Positions 46,652-57,413 of a stretch of 64,000 bases of DNA are shown here, piece by piece; position 1 is the first letter of the stretch; each line of letters begins with the position of its first letter. Location of the stretch: positions 57,531 to 121,530 of the forward strand of contig CBFDDD010000002.1 of the NCBI GenBank assembly GCA_965603475.1. Reading direction: 5' to 3'. The notes under the pieces were generated by a model, which worked only from the letters and a program-made list of their open reading frames with translations, was not told where the DNA came from and searched no databases. The position numbers and the translations under genes were made by a program. Origin of the DNA: an uncultured Myxococcales bacterium (GTDB taxonomy: Bacteria; Myxococcota_A; UBA9160; UBA4427).

Positions 46652-47746
46652 TCAGGCGCTGGTCCGGAAAAAGATCACGTCACCATCGGAAACGATGTAG
46701 TCCTTGCCTTCGACCTGCATCGCGCCCTTCGCCTTGGCTCCCGCCTCGCCCCCGAGTTCGATGTAGGTCTCGAAGGGAATGACCTCGGCGCGGATGAAAT
46801 GGCCTTCGAAGTCCGAATGGATTGCGCCGGCCGCCTGGGGTGCGGCAGTCCCCTGGCGAATCGTCCAGGCGCGAATTTCCTTCGGACCGGCCGTGAAGAA
46901 CGTCACCAGTTCGAGTAGCCCGTAGGCGGTGCGAATCAGCCTATCGAGTCCCGGCTCCTCGATTCCCAGATCGGCGAGGAACTCGCGTTTGTCCTCATCG
47001 TCGAGCTCCGAGAGTTCGGCCTCGACCTTCCCGCAGATCCGAACGACCTCGGCGCCAGTTGCGCGGGCAATGGATTCGAGGGCCGCACTGTGTGCATTGC
47101 CGTCGGCGAAGGCGTCTTCGTCGACGTTGGCGACATAGAGGACTGGTTTGGCGGTCAGCAGGCAGGCCTCCCTGAAGGCCGCTCCCATGGAATCCGAAAC
47201 CTCGAAGGCGCGGGCGGGCTTTCCTTCGGAGAGATGCTCGCTGAGGGCTTCGAAAAACTCGAGTTCGGCGCGCGCGGTTTTGTCGCCCGACTTTGCGACT
47301 CGCCTAACACGGTCGACGCGTTTCGACACCGTTTCGAGATCGGCCAGACCCAGCTCGAGGTCGATCGTCTCGGCGTCTCGTGCCGGGTCGGTGTCCCCGT
47401 CGACGTGAACGACATTCTCGTCGTCGAAGCATCGAACGACATGGATGATCGCGTTGGTCTCGCGGATGTTTCCGAGAAACTGGTTTCCGAGCCCCTCGCC
47501 CTTCGAGGCGCCTTTGACGAGTCCGGCGATATCAACGAATTCGACCGTCGTCGGGACGACGGATTTTGAATGGACGAGGTCCTGGAGCTTTTCGAGGCGA
47601 ACGTCGGGAACGACGACGACGCCGGTGTTGGGCTCGATCGTACAGAAGGGATAGTTCTCAGCCTGGATGCCCGCGGCGGTGAGCGCGTTGAAGATCGTGC
47701 TCTTACCGACGTTTGGGAGGCCGACGATGCCGCAAGTGAGTGCCAT
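46652..47746 (-). CDS. ychF: Redox-regulated ATPase YchF
   Basis: GLPNVGKST, NYPFCTIEPN, DIAGLV, ANVDE and TGS domain (APQAAGAIHSDF). Confidence 0.97.
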   Translation of the reverse strand: MALTCGIVGLPNVGKSTIFNALTAAGIQAENYPFCTIEPNTGVVVVPDVRLEKLQDLVHSKSVVPTTVEFVDIAGLVKGASKGEGLGNQFLGNIRETNAIIHVVRCFDDENVVHVDGDTDPARDAETIDLELGLADLETVSKRVDRVRRVAKSGDKTARAELEFFEALSEHLSEGKPARAFEVSDSMGAAFREACLLTAKPVLYVANVDEDAFADGNAHSAALESIARATGAEVVRICGKVEAELSELDDEDKREFLADLGIEEPGLDRLIRTAYGLLELVTFFTAGPKEIRAWTIRQGTAAPQAAGAIHSDFEGHFIRAEVIPFETYIELGGEAGAKAKGAMQVEGKDYIVSDGDVIFFRTSA

Positions 47747-48128
47747 GGGAGGCGCATGTTCCCGAATTCACGAAATTCCGCCATGCCCGCAGGGCGATCC
47801 GGCCGAATGCAGCGAACGTAGGCTCTCGGCCGCAGGTCTCCCGACCTGCCGCCCCGTCAGAAATTGTTCATATCTAACGGGGCATTAGTTTCATGAGATT
47901 CAGATTTGGTTGTGGATTTGGCGGGGCGATTCATGAGATATTGCGAGTGAGGAGAGGGCAGGACGGCGGTTCGAGGCAGCGTCGTCCGGGTTCAGTCAGA
48001 TTGGACAGGAATGCGAAAACGGGCAGATTGCGCGGGGTCCGCAGGGAGCGACTGGACCGCAGGTCGTTCGGAACCCACGCGATTCGCATAGATGAGCGGA
48101 ACCGACTCTGGCTGTCCCTCAGAACTCA

Positions 48129-48218
48129 CCCGGCGGGGCTTGCGTAGCGGATTCGGACCGCATGAGATCCCGCCGGGACTGCCTCCTGGCCTCCCTGCCT
48201 CCCTGCCTCTCTGTCTCC
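48129..48218. repeat. Hairpin plus degenerate 8-bp tandem repeat in the dsbA-ychF spacer
   Basis: Stem CCCGGCGGG (48129-48137) / CCCGCCGGG (48169-48177), then five copies of ~CTGCCTCC (48179-48218). Confidence 0.5.
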
Positions 48219-48251
48219 GGCTCCATGATCTGGTCATGGAATCGATTCGGC

Positions 48252-49403
48252 CTAGTTCTCCTCGATCCGCGCCAGCTCGATATCCACGTAGCGACTGAGC
48301 TCGTTCGCATCACGGGCGCCCGTGAGTTTGATTCCGTTCAAGAAGAAGGAGGGTGTTCCGGTCACGCCCGCCTCTTGTCCGGCGACGAAGTCGGCTTCGA
48401 CGAAGTCTTTGTAGCGACGTTCTTCGATGCAAAGGTTGAACTCGTCGGCATCGAGACCGACCGCGGAACCGATTTCGGCTAGAGAGCCGTCCTCGAGTTT
48501 TCCCTGGCGAGCGAAGATTCCGTCGTGGTACTCCCAGAATTTCCCCTGTTCCTCAGCACACATCGCTGCCTCCGACGCCGGGCGTGCGAAGGGATGGATG
48601 TTGTCGAGGGGAAAGTGGCGATGGACCACTCGCACCTGGTCGGGATAGCGCTCTAGGACCTCCGCAAGGACAGGTTCGGCGCGGACGCAGTAGGGACATT
48701 GGTAGTCGCTGAAGGTGATGATCGTGACCGGCGCATCCGCAGAGCCACGGACCAGCCGGGTGGCCTCGAGTTCCTTGCGCGGCGGAGTCAGTACGATCTT
48801 CCAGGAGAGCGCTTCGAGCTTCGGGTCCAGGAAATCGCTCATGGCTTTCGCGCGGCGTTCCTTGAGTATCAGGTCCTTGATTGCTCCGGAGACGTCCTCG
48901 AGCTTTGCGCCGCGAAGTCGGCTCTGATTTTCCGAGTACCAGGCCGTGACTTCCTCGATCGTCGGATCCGGAACCGAGTTCGCGATCTCGTCGAGGAGTT
49001 CCTGCGAAGTCTTTCCTTGCTTCTTTGCTTCGTCTTCGATGACACGACGTTGAACGAGATCGCGAACGGCGGTCTCGCGCATCTCGAACTGACGCTCCTC
49101 GGGCTGTTTCAAGAATTCCTCGAGGAACTGATCCTTCATGTGCTCATCGATTTCGCTGATCATGATCGAACGGCCCTCGACGATGACGGCGACGGCTTCT
49201 TCCTGTCCGGAATCCGCCGAGGGACCGGCCTCGACGGAGCTGGAGTCGAGATCGCGTGGGCTACAGCCGGCCAGGACGAGCAAGCCAATCGAGGCCAGCG
49301 TCAGGGCGAGCATTCCGTTTGCGGAATTCGAGGCGCCCGGGGCCATTGGGGATATGTTGTTGCGAGAGACGAGAGTAGAGATCGAATTGCGGAGTTTCAT
49401 CAT
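48252..49403 (-). CDS. DsbA-like thioredoxin-fold lipoprotein with SurA-N-like region
   Basis: Lipobox VLAGC; FSDYQCPYC; HFPL; cis-Pro GTP. Start ~49403 (the ORF-track start at 49751 overlaps tgt). Confidence 0.85.
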   Translation of the reverse strand: MMKLRNSISTLVSRNNISPMAPGASNSANGMLALTLASIGLLVLAGCSPRDLDSSSVEAGPSADSGQEEAVAVIVEGRSIMISEIDEHMKDQFLEEFLKQPEERQFEMRETAVRDLVQRRVIEDEAKKQGKTSQELLDEIANSVPDPTIEEVTAWYSENQSRLRGAKLEDVSGAIKDLILKERRAKAMSDFLDPKLEALSWKIVLTPPRKELEATRLVRGSADAPVTIITFSDYQCPYCVRAEPVLAEVLERYPDQVRVVHRHFPLDNIHPFARPASEAAMCAEEQGKFWEYHDGIFARQGKLEDGSLAEIGSAVGLDADEFNLCIEERRYKDFVEADFVAGQEAGVTGTPSFFLNGIKLTGARDANELSRYVDIELARIEEN

Positions 49404-49426
49404 GCCGGGAGGATATGCGTTTCGTC

Positions 49427-50599
49427 TCAGCCTGGCTCGTTTTGATAGCGGCCGAGGAATTCTTGCGCGAAGGCTGCATAGTCGCCCCGAAGGATCGCGT
49501 GACGTGCGTCGGCGACGAGTCGCTGGTAGAAGGCCACGTTGTGGATCGAGCAGAGGACGGCCGAGAGGACCTCGTTGGCAGCAAAGAGGTGATGGATGTA
49601 CGCACGACTGAAGCCGCCCGTGCATGTGTAACAGTCGCATGAAGCATCGACCGGGAAGGCATCGCGCCTGTAGCGGCGATTTGTGAGTCGAATTCGGCCA
49701 CGAGAGGTGAAGACCGTCGCCGAGCGGGCGTAGCGCGTCGGAATCACACAATCGAACATGTCGATGCCGTATCCGATGCAGGCGATCAGATCTTCGGGGA
49801 GGCCGACGCCCATCAGGTAGCGGGGTTTGTTTTCGGGCAGCAGTGGCGCGGCATGCTCGGTCACCTGGCAGAGTAGCTCGTGGCCTTCACCAACCGAGAC
49901 GCCCCCGATCGCATAGCCGGGGCAATCCATGGCAATGAGTGACGCCGCGCACGCCTCGCGCAGCTCGGGAAACGTCGAACCCTGAACGATTCCGAAGAGC
50001 GCCTGGTCCTCTTCGCGTGCGTGGGCCTTCAGGCATCGTTCCATCCACTGGAGCGTGCGCCGAACGCCCTGACCGGCGAGTTCGCGTGTCGCGGGATAGG
50101 GCGTGCATTCATCGAAGGCCATGATGATGTCCGCTCCGAGCCGATTTTGGATCTCGATCGAGCGCTCCGGGGTCAGGTCCATGGTTTCGCCCGTGACTTC
50201 GTTCTGAAAACGAGCACAGCGATCGGTGATCTCGACGCCCGGCAGCGAGAAGACCTGGAAGCCGCCCGAGTCGGTGAGGATCGGGCCGGGCCACTGCATG
50301 AAGGCGTGCAGTCCGCCGAGCTTCTCGACGAGCGCTTCGCCCGGGCGCAACGCCAGGTGGTAGGTGTTGGCGAGGACGATCTCGGCGCCGGTATCCGCGA
50401 CCTGCGCCGGCGTCAGCGCCTTCAGCGCACCGTGGGTCCCGACCGGCATGAAGGCGGGCGTCTGGATCGCGCCATGCGGCGTCTCGACCCGGCCGGCCCG
50501 CGCGCGGTCGCTCGTCCTTTCGAGCTCGAAACGAAAGCCTCCCGTCGTTCCGGGTGCGCTGGTTCCAGCGCCATTCTGGTCGTCCGCCGATTGATCCAT
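49427..50599 (-). CDS. tgt: Queuine tRNA-ribosyltransferase
   Basis: FMPVGT, LANTYHL, TDSGGFQV, AFDEC, GIVQG, DMFDCV and Zn site CDCYTC...H. Confidence 0.96.
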   Translation of the reverse strand: MDQSADDQNGAGTSAPGTTGGFRFELERTSDRARAGRVETPHGAIQTPAFMPVGTHGALKALTPAQVADTGAEIVLANTYHLALRPGEALVEKLGGLHAFMQWPGPILTDSGGFQVFSLPGVEITDRCARFQNEVTGETMDLTPERSIEIQNRLGADIIMAFDECTPYPATRELAGQGVRRTLQWMERCLKAHAREEDQALFGIVQGSTFPELREACAASLIAMDCPGYAIGGVSVGEGHELLCQVTEHAAPLLPENKPRYLMGVGLPEDLIACIGYGIDMFDCVIPTRYARSATVFTSRGRIRLTNRRYRRDAFPVDASCDCYTCTGGFSRAYIHHLFAANEVLSAVLCSIHNVAFYQRLVADARHAILRGDYAAFAQEFLGRYQNEPG

Positions 50600-50720
50600 C
50601 GACCGCAGCGTAGCGGTCGCGACTCGCCAAGGCGCGATTCGTTGGCGGCTGTTTCCGGCGCCTCTGTAGACGGAGAGCCGTAACGGGGAGTTCTTCGATG
50701 GGCTGCTAGGATCCGCCCCG

Positions 50721-51641
50721 ATGCAGCCAGCTACGAATTTCGCGGATCGCCTGATCGAGCGCACGCGCGCTCTCGGCCACCCCCTTTGCGTCGGACTCGA
50801 TCCCCACCTTGCCCGGATTCCACCGCTCTTTCGTCGTGGATCGATGGCAACCGACGATGAGCGGACAGCCCTGGCGGTCGAGGAATTTCTGGCTGCCGTG
50901 ATCGATCGGATCGCGGGGCGAGTGGCGATCATCAAGCCCCAGATCGCCTTTTTCGAGCAGCTCGGTTGGCGTGGTATGCGCGTCCTCGACGGCCTCTGTC
51001 GACGCGCACGCGCCGCGGACATGATGGTCCTGCTCGACGCAAAGCGCGGCGACATTGGTTCGACAGCGGAAGGCTATGCCAGCGCTTATCTGGCCTCGAA
51101 TGCCGCGCTGCCGGTCGATGCAATGACGCTGAACCCGTACCTCGGTTTCGACACGATCGAGCCCTTCGCGCGAGTCGCGAGAGAAGCGGGTCGTGGAATC
51201 TTCGTGCTCGTCAAGACGAGCAATCCGGGCAGCGGCGATCTGCAGGACCGCGAGGTCGAAGGCGAACCCCTTTTTGGCCGTGTGGCCGACGGCCTCGCCC
51301 CGATGCAGAACGATCTTCTCGGATCGAAGACGGGCTGGTCTTCGCTGGGCGTCGTGTGTGGAGCGACCTGGCCCGAGCAGGCCCGCCGAGTCCGCGAGGC
51401 CCTGCCGAAAGCCTTGTTCCTGGTTCCCGGCTACGGCGCCCAGGGCGCGACGGCCGGCGCTGCCGTCGAGAGCTTCGTTCCCGGTCCAAACGGCCGCGAA
51501 GGCGGCATCGTGAACTCGTCACGGGCGATTTTGTTTCCCGAATCCGCCCGATCAGCGGACGAGGCTCGGGAATGGGAATTGGCCATCGATGTCGCGCTGG
51601 GCACGGCCATCGACGAACTCGCGACCGCGATCCAAAGCTAG
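50721..51641 (+). CDS. pyrF: Orotidine-5'-phosphate decarboxylase (subfamily 2)
   Basis: LCVGLDP, IKPQIAFFE, DAKRGDIGST, KTSNPGS, LVPGYGAQG and VNSSR. Confidence 0.95.
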   Translation: MQPATNFADRLIERTRALGHPLCVGLDPHLARIPPLFRRGSMATDDERTALAVEEFLAAVIDRIAGRVAIIKPQIAFFEQLGWRGMRVLDGLCRRARAADMMVLLDAKRGDIGSTAEGYASAYLASNAALPVDAMTLNPYLGFDTIEPFARVAREAGRGIFVLVKTSNPGSGDLQDREVEGEPLFGRVADGLAPMQNDLLGSKTGWSSLGVVCGATWPEQARRVREALPKALFLVPGYGAQGATAGAAVESFVPGPNGREGGIVNSSRAILFPESARSADEAREWELAIDVALGTAIDELATAIQS

Positions 51642-52381
51642 TCCCGGCGCGGGGGCTCTGCGTCGAGGATTGCTTCCAGCTCATTCATCATCTGGAAGAG
51701 CGATTCCTGAACGGCGGCATTGAGGGTTTTCGAGGCCTTCTCGAGAATATTGGCGTCGCTGCGATAGGTGTTCGCCGCCTCGAGATTCCTGAACCAGAAC
51801 GACTCCGCGCCGCTCGTATCGATCCTTCCGACGAACGAGCCGTCCGCGCGAGAGATCTCCGCGCCGAGTTTTACGAGATAGCGCTGATTAGAGAAGAGCG
51901 GAAAGCTCAACGTCCGGTCGTCGAAGGAATCCAGAACCAGTCTAATCACGTAGTCGAAATAGATCATGTCCGGAACGAGATCGAGACGCCGCACTGTCAC
52001 GACCTCGTCGAACATGCGTGCGAGCATGTCGCCGGCCATCTGGGAGGCGCCCGGACCAATGATGAACGTCTTCTCCCGGCGAGCGATCGGAATGGCGCGG
52101 GACCGTTTTCGGTCTGTCCAGAACTCGGCGTCCGCGAGCAGGACGACGTCACCACCTCGTTTCGTCAGCTTATCGAGGCCCGCCTTGTCCACATGACGGA
52201 TGAACCGCACGTCGACAGGCCCCTTCCTCGAACAGCCCGCCAGTAACACGAGGAGAGCGCATGCGATAGAAACGGCGACGAAACGCGATCGGCTCAAAAT
52301 TGGTTCCTCCAGGCCGGCGAGCTTATCGCATGCGAAACGCTCACGTGGCATCGGGCCCGTGCCATTGGGCGAACACGACAT
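51638..52381 (-). CDS. Hypothetical lipoprotein
   Basis: Lipobox LLAGC; globular, protein-like composition; fills the gap between pyrF and the GNAT gene. True start probably internal. Confidence 0.6.
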   Translation of the reverse strand: MSCSPNGTGPMPRERFACDKLAGLEEPILSRSRFVAVSIACALLVLLAGCSRKGPVDVRFIRHVDKAGLDKLTKRGGDVVLLADAEFWTDRKRSRAIPIARREKTFIIGPGASQMAGDMLARMFDEVVTVRRLDLVPDMIYFDYVIRLVLDSFDDRTLSFPLFSNQRYLVKLGAEISRADGSFVGRIDTSGAESFWFRNLEAANTYRSDANILEKASKTLNAAVQESLFQMMNELEAILDAEPPRRD

Positions 52382-53057
52382 CGACCTTTCGGCGGATCAC
52401 GAAGCCCAACTTCTGGTACAGACGCGTCGCGTTCTCGTTCGATTCGAGCACGTGCAGGAATGCTTCATCGCCCCCCGCTCGAATGGCATGGGCCACATTC
52501 AGGGTGAGTTCGCCAGCCAGCCCTTCCCCCCTTGCATCGGGATGGGTACAGACCGCGCTGATCTCGACATAGCCAGGCAGGCGAAAGCGCTCTCCGGCCA
52601 TCGCGAGCAGGCGCCCCTCCCGTCGAAGGCCGACATAACGACCCAATTCGGGGGTCCGTAGCAGGAAGGGTCCGGGTTCGGTCAGTTCCGCGAGGGCCAG
52701 CATTTCCGATTGATCTTCCGGCCCGAGCCGAACGATTTCGAGACCCGACGGTTCGGGAAGCCGATCGGCCACCATTTGCCAGCAGGGGCCCCGGAAGTGT
52801 TCTTCCCAACCGCTCGGCGGAGGATCGATGATATCGCGAAAGAGCCCGCAAAAGCCGTCGATGCCAACGCGCTCTCCGATGCGTCGCCAGATGGCCTCGT
52901 CGATCCGATCGACGGCGCTGAATACGCTGACCTCGGGGTCGAAATGGACGAGATCTGCGCTCGAGTGGCGTGCGGCAAATCGAGACAACGGACCGTTCAA
53001 CGCATGCCACACCGGATTGTCGAGGAGACTGTCGTCGCGGGGCGAATGTTCTGTCAT
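52341..53057 (-). CDS. GNAT acetyltransferase (FR47-like)
   Basis: LDNPVWHAL, PGPF, AMAGER, EISAVCTHPDARGEG and LYQKLGF. Confidence 0.88.
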   Translation of the reverse strand: MTEHSPRDDSLLDNPVWHALNGPLSRFAARHSSADLVHFDPEVSVFSAVDRIDEAIWRRIGERVGIDGFCGLFRDIIDPPPSGWEEHFRGPCWQMVADRLPEPSGLEIVRLGPEDQSEMLALAELTEPGPFLLRTPELGRYVGLRREGRLLAMAGERFRLPGYVEISAVCTHPDARGEGLAGELTLNVAHAIRAGGDEAFLHVLESNENATRLYQKLGFVIRRKVDVVFAQWHGPDAT

Positions 53058-53132
53058 GGATGGAGCATTGTCGTGCAGCGAAGCAACGGACGCATTAGCT
53101 TATTGAAGACCCCCGAACCCTCTGGAGCCCCC

Positions 53133-55244
53133 ATGACCGCCATCAATGAAGTCACCGACCTTCGCCTCGAAGGCGACATCGCCGTACTCACCCTCGACTC
53201 GCCTCCCGTGAACGCCCTCTCCGCCAACGTGCGGACAGGACTCTTCGAGGGCATTCAGGCCGCCGATGCAAATGACGATGCTCGCGCGATCGTGTTGATC
53301 TGCGAGGGACGTACCTTCATCGCTGGCGCGGACATCACGGAGTTCGGCGGCAAGGGACCGGCCGGTGCCTCCCTCACCGACGTGCAGTCGGCCATGCAGA
53401 ACGCGAAGAAGCCTGTGATCGCCGCGATTCACGGTACCGCCCTCGGTGGCGGACTCGAAGTCGCGCTCTGTGCACATTTTCGCGTTGCGGTGCCTTCCGC
53501 CCGATGCGGGCTCCCCGAAGTGAACCTCGGTCTGCTGCCCGGTGCGGGCGGAACCCAGAGACTTCCGCGCATCGTGGGTGTCGAAACGGCCCTGGCCATG
53601 ATGACGAGCGGACGACACGTCCCGGCGGCGGAGTGTCTCGAACTCGGACTCGTTGACGAATTGGTCGACGAAGGCGGCCTGCTCGAAGGTACCCTTGCTT
53701 TCGCAAACAAGGTTCTCGCCGAGGGCCGGCCACTTCGCAAGGTCGACGAGTCGAACGAGAAGGTCGAAGCGGCGCGCGGTCAACCCGAGATCTTCGAGAA
53801 GTTCCGCGCTGGCATCGCACGCAAGACGCGAGGCTTCCTCGCCCCGGAGTACAATATCCGCTGCATCGAGGCCGCGGTCAACGAACCTTTCGATGAAGGA
53901 CTCGCGACCGAAGGTCGGCTCTTCATGGAACTCATGACCGGAGAGCAATCCGCCGCACAACGTTATGCGTTCTTCGCCGAACGCGAAGTCTGGAAGATTC
54001 CGGACGTCCCGCGCGACACGCCGCAGATTCCGATCGAGCGCGTCGGGATCGTCGGAGCCGGCACGATGGGCGGTGGCATCGCGATGAATTTTGCGAATAT
54101 CGGCCTTCCGGTCATTCTCGTCGAACGAGAGCAGGAGGCCCTCGATCGCGGCCTCGGCGTCGTTCGAGCCAACTACGAACGAAGCGCCAAGCGCGGACGG
54201 CTCTCCGCGGAAGACGTCGAAGCCCGAATGAGTCTATTGACCGGATCGGTCGAGATCGAAGATCTGGCCGACTGCGATCTCGTCATCGAGGCGGTCTTCG
54301 AGAACATGGCCGTCAAGAAGGGCATCTTCGCCGACTTCGATCGTGTGATGAAGCCGGGGGCAATCCTGGCGACGAATACCTCGGCCCTCGACATCGACGA
54401 AATCGCGAGCGCGACAAAGCGCCCCGAGTCCGTCATCGGTCTGCATTTCTTCAGCCCGGCGAATGTGATGCGGCTCGTGGAAGTGGTCCGAGCCGATCAC
54501 ACCTCGAAGGAGGTCATCGCGACTTCGATGGCGCTGGCCAAGCGCATAGGCAAGATGGCGGCCCTGGTCGGCGTCTGTCGTGGCTTCGTCGGAAACCGCA
54601 TTCTCGCACCGCGTCAGCAACAGGCCAACGAACTCCTGCTCGAAGGCGCGATGCCCTGGGACGTCGACCGCGTGCTCTACGACTTTGGTCTCCCGATGGG
54701 CCCCTTCGCAATGAGCGACCTCGCGGGGCTCGACATCGGCTGGAGCAAGGAGACATCGAAAAGCGAAACGCTTCGTGACGTACTCTGCGAAATGGATCGT
54801 CGAGGCCAGAAGAATGGCAAAGGCTTCTACGACTACGGGGCCGACCGCAGTGCCAGCCCTTCACCCGAGGTCGAAAAGATCATTCGCGATTTTGCGGCGG
54901 GCAGAGGTGGCGGTAGCGGTAGCGGTAGCGGTAAAGAGCCGCGCGCGATCTCGGACACGGAAATCCTCGAGCGCTGCGTGTATCCGATGATCAACGAAGG
55001 GTTCAAGATCCTGGCCGAGGGAAAGGCGATTCGCGCTTCGGACATCGATGTCATCTGGGTCAATGGCTACGGATGGCCGGTCTACCGCGGCGGTCCGATG
55101 TTCTACGGGGAACAGGTCGGACTCGATCGCGTACTCGATCGTCTACGGGAACTCCAGAAGACCCACGGCGACGCCTTTGCGCCCGCGCCGCTGCTCGAGC
55201 AGATCGTGGCCGAGGGCAAGAGCTATCGAGAGTTGGGGTACTAG
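53133..55244 (+). CDS. Enoyl-CoA hydratase / 3-hydroxyacyl-CoA dehydrogenase bifunctional enzyme
   Basis: [44 protein letters not shown] and HFFSPANVM; GGAG RBS before ATG 53133. Confidence 0.93.
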   Translation: MTAINEVTDLRLEGDIAVLTLDSPPVNALSANVRTGLFEGIQAADANDDARAIVLICEGRTFIAGADITEFGGKGPAGASLTDVQSAMQNAKKPVIAAIHGTALGGGLEVALCAHFRVAVPSARCGLPEVNLGLLPGAGGTQRLPRIVGVETALAMMTSGRHVPAAECLELGLVDELVDEGGLLEGTLAFANKVLAEGRPLRKVDESNEKVEAARGQPEIFEKFRAGIARKTRGFLAPEYNIRCIEAAVNEPFDEGLATEGRLFMELMTGEQSAAQRYAFFAEREVWKIPDVPRDTPQIPIERVGIVGAGTMGGGIAMNFANIGLPVILVEREQEALDRGLGVVRANYERSAKRGRLSAEDVEARMSLLTGSVEIEDLADCDLVIEAVFENMAVKKGIFADFDRVMKPGAILATNTSALDIDEIASATKRPESVIGLHFFSPANVMRLVEVVRADHTSKEVIATSMALAKRIGKMAALVGVCRGFVGNRILAPRQQQANELLLEGAMPWDVDRVLYDFGLPMGPFAMSDLAGLDIGWSKETSKSETLRDVLCEMDRRGQKNGKGFYDYGADRSASPSPEVEKIIRDFAAGRGGGSGSGSGKEPRAISDTEILERCVYPMINEGFKILAEGKAIRASDIDVIWVNGYGWPVYRGGPMFYGEQVGLDRVLDRLRELQKTHGDAFAPAPLLEQIVAEGKSYRELGY

Positions 55245-55268
55245 GCTGCGGAGTTGTCCTGTCGATTA

Positions 55269-55657
55269 GGGTGCCAGGTGGCGCGGGTGGTAAAGCCCGG
55301 CGCTCGCCGGTCGGCTCCGGCGGGTGTTCCCGCATGATGCATCGAGGCGCGCAGTTACCGCCTGCGCCTCCAGGCTCCCACCGAGCTTTCCCACCCGCGC
55401 CACTCGGACGTTTGTGCCAGGACATTTCCGTAGGCTGGTTTTTGCGTGGCGATCGATTGCGCTTGGCCTTCGCATTCTGTTGTGGGCGAGGCTGGGGATA
55501 TCTCGATTCGAAGGCGGGTCGAGTGGCGCGGGTGGGGGAGCCTGACGGGAGCCTGGAGGCGCAGGCGGTGGCAATCAGCCCCGATGCATCATGCGGGAGC
55601 GACCGCCGTAGCCGACCGGCGAGCGGTAGGGTCCACCACCCGCGCCACCTGGCACCC
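55269..55657. repeat. Two inverted 138-bp copies of a structured palindromic element (REPIN/ERIC/MITE-like)
   Basis: 55269-55406 and the reverse complement of 55520-55657 align without gaps at 114/138 nt (hand count); the outer 23 bp are a perfect inverted repeat; each copy is itself closed by a 13-bp stem. Confidence 0.9.
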
Positions 55658-55694
55658 AAATTGGTTCCGCTTTTTCGCGGCCTGCTAGCCTCGT

Positions 55695-57410
55695 ATGTGC
55701 ATGCCGATCGCCGAATCCGACGCTCCGCCGTATTCCCTGGATGATTTGCAGAGCGCGCGCTTCCCGGAGCGAACGCGCCTCGTCTGCCGAATGTGGGCGG
55801 AGCAAATCGGAGCCATTCCGTTCATTGTTGTCGTGATGTATTGGGTCAAGTACCTGCTGCTCTTTGCGGGTGGCTGGGCCTTTTTCTGCTCCTTTTCGCA
55901 GGGCTATCCGGGCTTCACTTCGATTGGAGCCTGGGCCTTCACGGGTCTCGCGTTCCAGAAGGCAATTCTCTGGGCAATCGTCTACGAATCGGCCGGATTC
56001 GGTTGTTCGTCGGGCCCGATGAACGGGCGATTCTGGCCCCCCATCGGCGGCTTCCTGCATTTCCTTCGCCCGGGTACGACGAAACTGCCGCTCGTTCCGG
56101 GCATGCCGGTTCTGGGTGATGCACGCCGCAGCTGGCTCGATGTCGCACTCTACGCGGCCAATCTGCTCTTTCTGCTACGCGCTCTCGTCGCGCCCGATCT
56201 GACGATGTCGCTCCTGCTTCCTTCGTTCTTCTTGATTCCTTTGCTCGGCGTGGTGGACAAGACTCTTTTTCTCGCAGCGCGTGCGGAACATTTCTGGATC
56301 GTCCTCACCTGCTTGACCTTTGCGAGCGCGAATGATCTCTGGGTGCCGGCCTGCAAGGTCGTGTGGTGTTTCGTCTGGTTCTGGGCCGCGACGTCGAAGC
56401 TGAATCATCACTTTCCGTCGGTCATCATGGTCATGATGAATCAGGGACCGCTCTTCCCGAAGTGGCTCAAGAAAAGGCTCTTCGTGTCGTTTCCCGATGA
56501 TCTGCGTCCTTCGAAGGTCGCGACGGTGATGGCTCATATGGGAACCGTCACGGAGGTGATGATTCCAATTGCGCTCCTGGCGAGCCAGAGCATGCTCTTC
56601 ACCGGCCTCGTTCTCTTGGTGATGTGCGGTTTCCACGGATTCATTGCACTCAACAACCCGAGCGGCATGCCGATCGAGTGGAACATCGTGATGATCTACG
56701 GCGGCATTTTCCTGTTTGGATTCAATCCCGACGCGAGTGTGCTTGCCCTGGGCGAGTTGCCGCTTCTGGTCGCGTTTCTCGCGTTCTTTCTGGTTGTGAT
56801 TCCGCTCTACGGCAATTTCGTACCCCGGAACGTCTCGTTCCTGATGGCGATGCGGTACTACGCCGGGAACTGGGCCTACAACGTCTGGTTCTTTCGAGGC
56901 GATGCACAGAAAAAGCTGAACAAATTGACGAAAGCTTCCCTCACCATGCGGGAGCAGTTATCCGAGATGCTCGACGACGATGAGGCCGTCGAGACCGCGA
57001 TGATCATGATGCCCGCAATGCGGATGATGCATCTGCAGGGCAGGGTGCTCCACGAAGCGATTCCCCGCGCGTTCGAGAATATCGATGACTACGAGTGGAT
57101 GGAGGGCGAAGTCATCTCCGGTCTCGTGCTGGGCTGGAATTTTGGCGATGGCCACTTGAACGACCAACAGTTGCTCGAGGCGATTCAGGAGCAATGTGAG
57201 TTCGAAGAGGGCGAGCTGCGGGTCGTGATGGTCGAGTCCCAGCCGCTCTTCGGACGAACGATGGCATGGAAGGTCGTCGATGCTGCCACGGGTGTGATCG
57301 CCGAAGGGGAAGCGGAGGTCTCGGGGATGCGCGAGTTGCAGGCCTGGCCCACGGGCGACGCGGCCGAGGCATTCATGACCGGCGGGCTCCTCGACCCGGA
57401 ATCCGCCTAG
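55695..57410 (+). CDS. DUF3556-like polytopic membrane protein
   Basis: FQKAILW...GFGCSSGP...RFWPPIG...[19 protein letters not shown] and YAGNW resemble the actinobacterial DUF3556 family (from memory). Confidence 0.75.
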   Translation: MCMPIAESDAPPYSLDDLQSARFPERTRLVCRMWAEQIGAIPFIVVVMYWVKYLLLFAGGWAFFCSFSQGYPGFTSIGAWAFTGLAFQKAILWAIVYESAGFGCSSGPMNGRFWPPIGGFLHFLRPGTTKLPLVPGMPVLGDARRSWLDVALYAANLLFLLRALVAPDLTMSLLLPSFFLIPLLGVVDKTLFLAARAEHFWIVLTCLTFASANDLWVPACKVVWCFVWFWAATSKLNHHFPSVIMVMMNQGPLFPKWLKKRLFVSFPDDLRPSKVATVMAHMGTVTEVMIPIALLASQSMLFTGLVLLVMCGFHGFIALNNPSGMPIEWNIVMIYGGIFLFGFNPDASVLALGELPLLVAFLAFFLVVIPLYGNFVPRNVSFLMAMRYYAGNWAYNVWFFRGDAQKKLNKLTKASLTMREQLSEMLDDDEAVETAMIMMPAMRMMHLQGRVLHEAIPRAFENIDDYEWMEGEVISGLVLGWNFGDGHLNDQQLLEAIQEQCEFEEGELRVVMVESQPLFGRTMAWKVVDAATGVIAEGEAEVSGMRELQAWPTGDAAEAFMTGGLLDPESA

Positions 57411-57413
57411 CGA

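Noticed and set aside
49404-51055. Extended N-termini in the ORF track for dsbA (49751) and tgt (51055); likewise the hydratase/dehydrogenase start at 52710
   Set aside because: They overlap other real genes; downstream ATGs give normal-length proteins.
54906-54932. (GGTAGC)n repeat in the hydratase/dehydrogenase gene
   Set aside because: In-frame short Gly-Ser linker; too short to suggest phase variation.
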